From positions 62,001 to 126,000 of the forward strand of contig ADNK01001965.1 in the NCBI GenBank assembly GCA_000320545.1: a DNA stretch of 64,000 nt, given 5' to 3'. A program made the position numbers and the translations under genes. The stretch's first letter is position 1; every line of letters begins with the position of its first letter. The notes beneath the pieces are model-generated. The model did not search any database. It worked only from the letters and a program-made list of their open reading frames with translations, and was not told where the DNA came from. Positions 53,273 to 64,000 of this stretch are shown here, piece after piece. This DNA is from Bigelowiella natans CCMP2755 (Eukaryota > Protista > Cercozoa).

Positions 53273-55883
53273 TTATTTCCAATCTGTGTCCCCAGTAGCT
53301 TTTCCTCCATCGCAGGCTTTGTCTTTCTGCCTTCGGTTTCCTTGGACAATGCGCTGACGTTTTTTCCCTGCGGGAGCGTCGCCACCCCTTAACCCTCCAC
53401 GTCCCAGCAATGATCTTCTCATGGGACTTTTCGTAGTAAGAGGCTGTTCCATCTCACGAGGTTGCGTCTCCGATGTCGTTGCTCCGGAGACCCGATTTAT
53501 CCGAGCACCAAGAGGCTTTGGTGCTTGAGAAATCTGGGACCTCTTTCCATCGCCGGATTCAGAGATGATGTAAGGTTCATAGCCCTTGGACATGAGCCGT
53601 TGGAAGTTGCTGTTCACGCACAAGTGATCGATCACAAAGGCGTCAATTTAAAGAGAGGAATCATATGTCTGTCGGTGGCAGAGCGAATGTCTGGCTACTA
53701 ACCCAAAATCTTTTCCTGAGCGTAGAGCTGTCTCGCAGAGCACGCGCACTCCACGGGAAGCATACACTTGCAGAATGTCATCGGTGATTTGATAAGCCTG
53801 CTCGACGGACTCGAGGTACTCATCCGACAAGAACACGCCGTTCCACGGGCGAAAACGCATCTGTTTGCAAGGAAATGGGGGGAAAGGGCGACCATAATTT
53901 TAAACAAGAAATCAACCAGTAGCCTTTTAAAAAACTCTACCTGGTTAAGAAGTTTTGGCGAGGGGAGAAAAACCGATCCGTACACCTTTACTTCGTTCTC
54001 GTCCCTGCCTTCCAGTTTCTGATATTTCAATTAAAAGGAAATACGAGCTTGTAAGGCGTAATTCAGCGAAACAACTTCCAACTCTCTGATATGACCGTGA
54101 AAAGAAAGTCAAGCCCCTCCTTCAGTTTCTCTGTGTCCGATCCTATTTGAACCCACACGCTGCGGACTAAGCCTGTTTCCAGCTTTGCAGCGAGCACCTG
54201 CAGTTCGCGTGCGCGAACATCATTATTCGATTTATATATTGACAATGGATAGAGATGCTTATTCGAGAGAAGTGTGCTCACCTTTCTCTCTTTCTCTCTA
54301 TCTTTAACGTCTGGAAAGTAGGGGTTGAATGCTACTCCCTGCGGCACGAAGAATAATGTTGGTTCCGTCGAAAAGATGAGGTGATGTGCTTATTGAGATG
54401 ATGTGCTTCATCATCTTTCTTTAAATTTTAGAAAATTTTGGCTTCCACTAAAGCTGTACCCACCAGATTAATCTTTCGTGCGCTGGAGCTTCTTCTCCTC
54501 TAAAAATGATGATTTTTTAACTACCGTTGAATGGAACGATTAGAAACTTGCGAAAGTGTGAGTTCGGACCTGGGCCATACGGAGACAAGCAAGGGTGCTG
54601 AGGTCAGACTTGCGTTTTTTCCCCCCTCCACTCACGACCAAACTGAGCAAAGATGATAAAATAGATGAAAGGATATGGTAAGTCCATTTTTTATCGAGAT
54701 TCCCGTAACGTCCCTAGCACAATTCACAGCATGTTTAGACAGATATGTGCGTGCATACCACTCTCTGATTCCTAGTTGAACCAGTTCTCCGCAAGCTTTC
54801 TCGAAACTTGCAAAGGTCTAATTCATTATTTCACGAGGCTTTTAATTGAAGAAAACTAGATTTAAATGATATTTCCCAGCGGTCCCACCCACCTTTTCTG
54901 GAGACCCGCGGTACTGATTCCTACAACGAACAATATTTGTTATTATTATTATTATTGTTTGGGTTAGAGATCCCAAACTTATTAAATATATCTTTGCCTC
55001 TAATACACAAAGAGAAGGCATCGAATTCCTGTGCCAAGGTTGGCGCATCAAAAAATCTTAACGTACTTGAGACTGTAGTGAGGACAAATATCAGCTTGAG
55101 GGTACGCCTGTGAAAATTGTGGCGCTCATCAAAGTGCTTGAGCTTCATTTTGTGTTTAGGATAATCTGAAGTACCGCGAGTAGCCCTTCGCACCATTTAA
55201 CGATAGGGTCATTTTTGCCCTTATTCGGAAGGTTTACCCTGTGCATCGGTGGTTCCAACTTAGTTTGGGCAGTCAGAAGTAAGCTCTCCTTGTGAGATGT
55301 AATTACCAACCTCTGCATTTCATTCCGTTTCAAGAAGCTCGCCTGCTTGGTAAGATCCGACGCCGTTTTGAAAAAGAGTTCGAATCTGCACGGTAGAAGA
55401 TATTGGTGACGATTAGCATTCATTGTGTCTCCCAGCAAGGCGTCACCGACCGTAGGGATTCGCTCAAACCTAAGCTCATCAGCAACAACGAAAGTTGTGC
55501 CCCCCCTTTCGAACTTATCGTACAGCTATCCTTTCCTCCTTCGCTGATCTCAAGTTGTGTACTTGCATCTCCGGCATCCTCAGCCGCTGTGTTGGCCCCT
55601 CCTCGGAACCGAGATGTTCCTTCCGGTTTTGCCCTGTCTCTGTGTCACATTTGTTCATCAACCAGAGGACTTTTTCAATCGTACTGCAACGCTTTGCACG
55701 CCTCAATAAATACCGTTTGGCAGCTTTTCGCTGGGCGTTGCAGCGCTTGCTACAGGTCGTAACCTCGTCCCAGCACTTCTCCCACTTTTTCCGCCACGTG
55801 AACGGCTTTCCGCAGCTGACGCATGTCTTCCTAGGCAGGTTTTCCTTTCTCACTCCTCTGCCATAAAACGACCGAGCACTCAT
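53273..55883 (-). CDS. DUF2256 domain fused to an MTHFR-like (FAD-linked oxidoreductase fold) domain
   Basis: DUF2256 pattern KENLPRKTCVSCGKPFTWRKKWEKCWDEVTTCSKRC. In-phase linker exon 55451-55639. Then NLPNK, DICPHYSLK, LVVSGGG, GVAFNPYF, VWVQIGSD and YGSVFLPS...MRFRPWNGVFLS. Confidence 0.7.
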
Positions 55884-56121
55884 TAATCATCTGTCCCTCC
55901 CTCCCTCCTTGCGTGCACAAGAACCAAAAAAGAGACTACCTAGGCATTGAACTCAGGCTAACGGTGCACGTGGCCTCAATCAGTGGTCTAGGGGCGGAGT
56001 CGTCCGAGGACTTGAAATGTAGGCCATTTTCACCGAAATAGGACGTAAACAGGCCAACCTCTTCGAAATAGAGTTGTCTCGCTTGGCGAATGAAAAATGC
56101 ATAGGGTTTCGACCCTGCGAC

Positions 56122-56760
56122 ATGGCCTCGACAATTATCGACAATTTTGCAACGCTGACGAAGGTCGAAGCGCCCCCGACGACGACGATGCTACGATCTT
56201 GAGAGTCGCGCCATCGTGTTCACAGAAGACCCACGAATGTTTTTTTGGTTTCATTCAGCCTATCAATGGTGGTCGCGGCGTGCTATCTCATACACTGAGA
56301 GAAGAAGCAAGAGGAAGTGACCAACCCTTGAACACCGCAGACATGCGTGAATTAATCGAGCTTAGACAGTTCGGGAGATTCTTCTTTCCATCTGATACTT
56401 TGTGCAGTAGGAAAACCTATTTTACATAAGAGACACTAAGACGGATCCATAAAACTGCATTAAGGTCTACAGGATGAGTCGTTGTGCGCCTATTCTCTCC
56501 ATCCTTCAAAAGAACAAGCCCTCCCTAACCTCGAGAAGGTATTCGGAAACAAGAGAGGGCATTTACCAGCTTGTGTACGTCATGATTTAAAGCAAGTAAT
56601 CGACCACAAACACCTATACTAATCGTGCTGCTAACATCATGCAACTTATTCGGCGGTCTCTGGGCATTGTCCCCGTCACGTTAATGGCATGCTGCAAATT
56701 AGGACAAGGATGTGCAGGTTGAAAAGCGAAAGCCTAGAGTTCGGGCATGCAGTAGTCGAT
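56122..56760 (+). CDS. Possible small spliced hypothetical gene
   Basis: ATG directly follows a TGCGAC motif. Plausible GT/AG sites give MASTIIDNFATLTK|PINGGRG... No recognisable domain. Confidence 0.25.
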
Positions 56761-58024
56761 AGCACCGAATAATGCGACTTTGGATTGGAACGACATTCAT
56801 TCTCCATTTTTTCAAAGATTTGTTAGCTACCTGGAGTGCCAATATCTGTGTTATCTGCATTATGAATGCGTAATCATCAGCGAAAAATGGAAGTAAGCCA
56901 GAACAACCATGCATAATATATGCAGACGTCCGTACCCCTTGCAACAGTCTGTGATTGTTTAGCTTTTGATGAGATCCTACAATAATGTGAACGAACACAT
57001 TGAATGTACACTTTTGTGATTCATTATATGTTATAATAGAGACTAGACCCAAGTGCATGCACATGCACACAATGATGTGCAGCAGCGTATGAGCAGCGAG
57101 GCTTGCTTACACTACCGCCTATAGGTGTTGAAGGTTATACATGTGCATGATTGTTGCATGAACTGTCAATAATGAGGGATACATGTGTCAACATTGCAGC
57201 TGTGCGCATTTACATGCACATGCGATGCAACAATGTAGATGCCGCTGCTGATCTAGTGATCTTCGTGGTGGTGCACAATGTGCCTGTGCACATGCAAGCT
57301 CCACATTGCATTAGTTGTTTGTCAAACACCTGCATCTAAATGAGTATGACTTCGTATTGCTTTTTTAGATTGCATGCGCTGTCATCACACACGGCGAGAA
57401 AGACGCTATAGATGCAACACGTACGATGCATCGTAACTTTCGATCGTGCCACGCCTGCGCATGATGAGCACGTGCAATTGCATAACAGTAGGCACAGTAA
57501 TTCTATATACTGCATAAAAATAGTATTACGTGTGTCTATCATTTTTCTGGGTGATCGATCGATGATGATGATCCCGGTTGATGAAAAGCAACATTGAACA
57601 TACATACAGCATACATGGCGGACATATTTTTACGTTAGGGCCTAAATGTGACTACTGCACAGGCTAGCAGGCACCGGATGTACTATTTTTTGATGTGTAC
57701 ACATGTGTGCACGTTAAAAGCATGTGTGTCATGTTCATAGTCATATTCAGTGTGGGTTTAAGCTACCTAGCTATGTGATGCGGAAATGATGAACATGCAC
57801 ACACAATCAAACACACATATACACATACACAACACCCTAATAATGCCCACAATGTGCAGAAATGTTGCATCTCGCTTTTTTTAATAAGATCACAGATTTA
57901 ATAATGACAAAGGTTGAAACCATACTTTGGCACTACAATTTTGACATGCATCATCGAAGGAGCTTAATGATTTGCTGTTCTCTCGACGACGAAGAAATCG
58001 CTAAAACTGCATCAAATTATGCAC

Positions 58025-58891
58025 TCACAAGTCAAACAGATATCTAGCTAAAATACAATCTTGGTATACATCTACACAGCGAGGCCTCACAGAGCTTCCT
58101 CTACCAATCTCTTCCCATTTTTGATCATTTTGTTCAACTAATTTATCCACAACAGATATCTTCTCAACTCTACATCCAAACGAGTATGAAAGGGGAGGGA
58201 CTACCATGCGTTCCATTTTTCTGTACCGCTCATCTTGTTGGGACCCGACCGTCTCATAATCGGAGAGTCGTTTGTAAACATTCTGGTGAAGATATCTTGT
58301 TCAGAGATGATTTTGTTTCGATGCTGAAGTTTAAGTCGATACCTCAGAATGTGCTCGGGTTTTCTCATTGTAGCTCTGCAACATCCTACCGATGATAATT
58401 TAGGTATTCAAAGACTGAGCACTCCCATTATACTGATTAAATGAAACGGACCTATTAGCTGCAACCTCGCGCGAATCGGTATATTGTTTTATTTCCTCGC
58501 TGAATACCTGTGTAACTCTGCAAGAGAAAGTATATAGTTTCGAAAAATGAGGTTTGCTGCTCGAATCGCGCATAATTTCATCCGGACAGAAGAAATAAAT
58601 TTGCAGGATCTCCTCTCCTCGATCATCAAGGTTGCTGTGGAATATGCGAAACATTTCTTACTCGAAGAGCCTCTTCAACTCCTCGCTCTGCCTTTTGAGC
58701 ACTCGCTGTTGGGTTTCAGCGACCATTTTCAACTGGGCGACATTAGGAACTATCCCTTTAACTCGTGCTCTATCCGGCATGTACGGAGAAATGAGTCTAC
58801 TTTCGCGGAGGCAGGATGTTGAAAAGACGGGGGTTTCCTCGCCTCCGATCCCTCCCTGAAGGCCAGATCTGTCCATGCTGCCGGAAGCCAT
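58025..58891 (-). CDS. Hypothetical coiled-coil protein (approximate)
   Basis: Charged helical exon fragments QQRVLKRQSEELKRLFE, VFSEEIKQYTDSRE and VDKLVEQNDQKWEE. Confidence 0.4.
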
Positions 58892-59490
58892 TTTACCTTT
58901 CTCCACCCCACAGTAGTGTGGAACGGCTACAAGGCGATTTAAAAATTTCTTGTCGTTTTTCTTTGACGCAAGTCCAAGTACGAAGACATTTTTGCCAATC
59001 TCAGGTAACGTCGAAACGTTTCGAGTGTTTTTGTCTATCTCCTCAAAAGCATGTCGCATACACGAAACCCCATGCTTGATATTTCTTATAGAATTCCCTT
59101 TCGTTCCATGCCTGCGACAACAGATATGGCAGGCTGGAACTCGGAGTTATTATGCTTATTCAAAATCTCCGAAGCAATGGTGTTGCACAGCTGTCTCGTG
59201 GCATAGCTTCGAATACTGAAAGCCACGGTTGCAGGTCCGAATATACGAATCAACGTCAATGTTGCTGATCCCTGTATATATATGTTCGTCCTTTTTGCTT
59301 AATACCCAACGCAAGAAGCTCACACCAAAAGCTTCGTATGTAAATTGTACCATTTCGGGAAGTGAAAAATAGGATTTCGAAGTGAAAGAGATAGAGTCAT
59401 GATGGATATTTGTTTGAATTTTAGTTTGTGAAAGTTTGCAATCTACCAAAGCAATTTATCGGGGGCAATTCGTGGTGGCCTTACGTGATC

Positions 59491-60429
59491 ATGGGCAAAT
59501 CAAGACGCAGTCGGAAAAATGTAAAGCACTCACAACACACTACCTCCCCACCCTCCCAACTCATAACCACACCGGAGACATGATCCTGCTTCACATATTG
59601 GAGATGTGTGGATATTACTTAACCCGCATCATCTGTGTTTTCCGGCATTATCAGCTCTGCTTAGCGGGAGGTTGTACAATTATCAGATGCATTTAGAATA
59701 ATCGGAACATTTATCACGATAAATATAGGCACAACAATCATCGCGTTCGGGGCAATCAGAATACGCAAAAAGCCTCCTTGAAAACGCAAACAACACCGAC
59801 GAAAACTCTACGGTGGAAAAGAAATCTAAACTTTCAAAGGCTATTCGACTGACCAAAAAGCAGAAGAGAAAAAACAAGCAATCCGAGTTTATGAAGAAGT
59901 TAAAGGTTTGCTAGATGATAACAATGGTGCACATTTCGTGTTCAGAGTTGTCACCCTATTCTTTCAGATTGCAAAAAAAATAAGTGGGATACAAGAATCT
60001 AAGAAGTCAAATCTGTCATCCATGGGAGATCTAGCTTCGAGTCTCAAGGATATAGTTTCTAGCTCTCGCAAAGGGTTGAAAGCAGGTAGGTAGATGTGGG
60101 GAAATAACAATCTTGTTACTGTTCATGGAGTTCCTGATTTTGCACCTTCTTCTAGGAAAAAAATTATCGAACAAGCAGAAGAAGAAATTGCTTTCGAAGG
60201 AAGTCGAGAATTTTTGTGCTGTAATGGAGCATCCAGCATTCAAAAACGCGCCAATAGACACCATAAATGAGCATATCACGAACACTCTAAAAGATCAAAA
60301 GGTAGTGCACTGTTTGTCAATCGCTAATATGAGGTGAGTAAATCAACCCCATACATTAAATAGGAATCCGAGGACAGACTAGAACGTGACATGAAAGAAA
60401 TCTCGCGAGAAATTGACATGAGCATCTAA
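59491..60429 (+). CDS. SLX9: Ribosome biogenesis protein SLX9/FAM207A-like
   Basis: Lys-rich spliced product MGKSRRSRKN|...LTKKQKRKNKQSEFMKKLK|...EVENFCAVMEHPAFKNAPIDTINEHITN. Confidence 0.75.
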
Positions 60430-61399
60430 CATTGAGAGTTACACAGACGTGGTAATAACACGCACAATATGGTACAGTCGCAAATAGCTGAAATTAATGT
60501 CAAATGAGAGAGACATTTGTAAATCGTAGTCACGTGCACAATCTACATGTACAAGTGCAACCCATGTGAAAATGACTCTCGGCTAATTAGAAGGGAAAAG
60601 GTGTCCATAAGACTGCTTAGTATAGCAGCATTTATCGTCAAATGCATGTGATATTACGCAATTATTGTTAACAACTCCCTACAAATCACAAAAAGATGCT
60701 GCTGTTTGTGGAGCTCATCGCTCGTGATGACAATGTGTGCTACTTCGAGCTATTATGCTTCGATCTGCTATGCAACTTGAACGCCATAATTAAGGAAGCT
60801 TGCTGACATGTTCAATACAGCACAATATTCTTGGTGACAGTATGACAAGTTTGCACGTGAGCAACATGTAGTATTATCGCCGTGTGAAATTTACGCGCCA
60901 AGCTTAGCAACACTGCGATGCCATGTGATGCTACAAACTAGCAAATAGCATTTCAAATTTCTATGCACACGCTTATAATAGACATAGTAATCCGTGGTGT
61001 CTATCATGCTTTCTCAGCTGGAGTAGCCTCATCATTAGTCTTTCGTGCAACTTACAGAACTCTTTTAATTTGTGTTGAATTAATTTACTAGAGTAACATG
61101 AACGAAGTTGTCTGTATACTCACACATTACACATTACGTAATGATGGCGAATTTGTGCAACGTAGTTAATATTAATATTATTATGGAAGCAATTTAAATT
61201 TTTTGCTGTTTATTATTATATTTTATGGAAGCGATTCAAATTTTTTACTGATTTGTAATCGGTCCATGAGATTCCATTAAAAATACATTTCTACAAAAGA
61301 GAAATCTTCATCAAAATACACATTATGGAATCAAAAAGGCGGTTGGAAAAAGGATTTAATTCTAAACGATCTTTAAATTTCGCCTGTGCATCATTCTAT

Positions 61400-63813
61400 C
61401 AGCAAATTATCCTTGTTTTTGGAATTTATTTCTTGTAAATTGGACCGCAAACTCAGTGTAAGTTCTCCCCTGCACAGAGGTAGAGAGTTGATTAAATTAA
61501 TTCAAATGTTATCCACGATTCTTGCCTTCGAGACATTCTGCAGTTACTTTTCTCTGATAACAGTACATAAAACCTCAGGGAATCTAAGGCTCCTGACAGT
61601 GAACCGCTTTCTCTGTGCCAACACATCTACATTAAGTTGCATTAAACTGTATATCGCTGACGTCGGGGAACTCGAAAGGATGCAGGTGGAATTCGGGTCC
61701 AAGACGGAACACGTTTTCTTCTCCTATGGATGCTTTCAAGTTGTTGAGATCCTTCTAATATCTTGCTTTCGTGTTGGACGTCGATCATATAGTTCCTAAC
61801 TCTTGCTTCTTTTTCTAATTCTTTACTGCTGCTCGAAAGATCAGCAAATGAAGTAGCATTAGTTTCAGCCCGTAAAGTATCTGCTCGCCTCCGCAATGTG
61901 CCAAAGAGTTTTTGGTGTAGATTCATCTCTCGAATATGAATCTTTGCGTGCCGATTAAGGTTTCCTAATCATTCGCAAGCATTTGAATATTGATTTATCT
62001 CGATGAAGTAGTATTCACAGGTATCACACCTTTTTGAGTAAAGCGACGGTTACATTGGAGACATTGAAATGGCTAGCAAACAATGAAGAACGGAACTTAG
62101 CAACGATATACTAAGATGTGGCGCGAAGATTAAACCTTTTCCCCTGTGTGTGTACGAGAGTGAGATTTCAATGTGCCTCTGTCGCTGAAACCCTGCAACA
62201 TTGTGATCGTAACTCTTGTTAGCATCCAGATGAATTTTATACAAATATTTGACGACGTACTCGTCCACATTTGTCGCAGTGGAATAAATTTCTTCCCTGA
62301 TGTTGAATTGCGAAAATTATTTCAATTCCAAGAAATCTTTGAGTATTCAAATATGCACAAGGTCGTAGAAACTGAATAAAAATTGTACTGTATGTAGCCT
62401 CATATGCCGGCGCAATGAACTTGGGCAGGAGAATGTCTAACACAGAACATGAATCATGTAAAAGAAGCAAAGAGTGACACCCCTTCATTCGAACAGAACA
62501 CAATATTTCTGTTTTACGAAAGATACCTTGTTACAAATAGTGCAGAATGACGAATTTGCCATTCTCATCGCTTTTATGTGCTCTATCTTTGATCTCATTT
62601 TTAGTTTGCTTTCAGAAGAAGTTCTAGCTGAGAGTGGCAATGTGTCCCTAGCACCTTTTACACTCATTGCAAATCGTGATGTATTATTCAAACGGTTCTC
62701 GAGCAACTGCAGTTTCCAGAACAGATCTTCAGATTCCTTATGATCTTTTACATGTCCTACCCTGGTTTGGGAAGTACTGCCCATTCTAAGAGACCTATAT
62801 GGGTCTCTGATTTCTTGACGGAGAGATTCTATATTGCCTGAAGTGCGATTTGCATTCAGAAGCCTCCTTTTCTGTATCCGCAGAGCTTCCCTGGAAATTT
62901 TTTGCCCGAAACAACTATTTGTAGAGTCATGATAGGACAAACTTGTAGATGGACATCTGGAGCTTGAAGGTAAATCAAAAGCTTTGGAGAAAACTCTAGA
63001 GCGTAATTTCAATGGAGTAGATTCACTGTCTTGCAGATGTTGTTTTTCAACTTTCTGCCAAAGCTGTTCCCGAACGAGAGGATGAACTTCCCCAGCATGA
63101 ACTTCCCCAGCGTTGTCAATGAATTTTATTTCCTGTAGAAGGGTGAAGCGGGAGAATTATCACTATTTGATCGACGGTCAAAGTTTTCAAAAAATTGTTA
63201 CATAGACAAAAAATGTAAGCATACGGGGATAATTGGAAGATTTATCCAACAATTTTTTCATGAAAATGAAGACATTGCATAGGAACATATAGACCTTTCG
63301 ATACGCATTAAATGAGGAAAGATTCAAAATTCAAACTCCAACTACCCTACGCCTAAATCTTGAGACTTTTGATTACACTTTAAATTATTCTATCTTAGTA
63401 TGTGTGTGCGGGCTCACCCCCTGTGGTCCAACATGACGAGAGAAGACTTTTGCCAATGAATTGGACGAAGACGGAATTTCAATTTTCGATTTTTTAGTTG
63501 CAGGAATCTCAAATCCTTTTTTAGGGAAGGCATTGGTCTTGTCGTTCTGTCGAAAGAACAAGCTGGACTTCCGGTAGCTGATCGGTATGTTGGCACCATT
63601 TTTAGTCCAGGGAAGAATGAAATTTGCCGTGGTCTGGTCCTTGCATATTTGTTTCGGATGGAAGTTATCCACTTCCTTGGTAAGAGGTCCGCGGCTAGAA
63701 GAAGGAGAGACATTCTGGTATTTGCCGATCAAACTGTTTGAAGAGTTTATACTAGGTCGCTCCTTTTCCAGGTAAATTCGACTCAGTTCCAAAGCATTTT
63801 TGAACAGTGACAT
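61400..63813 (-). CDS. C2H2 zinc-finger transcription factor with three fingers (3' end approximate)
   Basis: FCTICNK|TFSCPSSLRRHMRLH, FHCDKCGR|GFSDRGTLKSHSRTHTGEK and PFQCLQCNRRFTQK|GNLNRHAKIH. Confidence 0.85.
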
Positions 63814-64000
63814 GTTTCGTACAATGTCCTTGCTATTTTTGCCGTTCTTTCGCTACACAAACTAGATTCAAGCGTGTGGATCCCTCTCTTGCTGTGTCAG
63901 AGGCGTGTACTCGGGCGTGCTGTCACGTATCACGTGCTGTCCGCCCTGGAAGGAGAGCCAGTGAGAGCGGCGCGAGCAACTGTTGGTTCGTCTGATTACA

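Noticed and set aside
61178-61255. Imperfect direct repeat of about 40 bp (TTATGGAAGC...AAATTTTTT)
   Set aside because: Only two AT-rich copies; not a CRISPR array or recognisable transposon end.
63083-63112. 15-bp tandem duplication encoding AGEVH twice
   Set aside because: Simple in-frame slippage in a non-conserved region.
1-64000. Prokaryotic systems (CRISPR, operons, defence islands) or transposase/reverse-transcriptase genes
   Set aside because: No repeat-spacer array, operon structure or mobile-element coding motifs seen; genes carry spliceosomal introns.

Overview
Gene-dense, intron-rich eukaryotic nuclear DNA. Introns are GT-AG and many carry microsatellites. The host is probably a protist or alga with a complex plastid; a chlorarachniophyte-like organism is my inference only. 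The ORF track is mostly exon fragments and repeat artefacts, so gene models were spliced by hand and some ends are approximate. I find about 19 protein genes and one initiator tRNA-Met. Recognisable products: an ankyrin-repeat protein, a CCCH+SAM protein, an aldo/keto reductase, three DMT-superfamily transporters (TPT, EamA, TMEM144), an IMP1/IMP2-like protein, COQ4, MED20, a PptH-like metallophosphoesterase, PanC, a UBA+CxxC protein, SLX9 and a 3x C2H2 factor. Three observations stand out. (1) A spliced, putatively secreted fusion of an alpha/beta-hydrolase and a bacterial-type cyanophycinase. (2) A DUF2256 zinc-binding domain fused to an MTHFR-like barrel. (3) A TGCGACA/TGTCGCA heptamer near the 5' end of nearly every gene, alongside purine-pyrimidine-palindrome-rich spacers and a 5' microsatellite-poor zone in genes.
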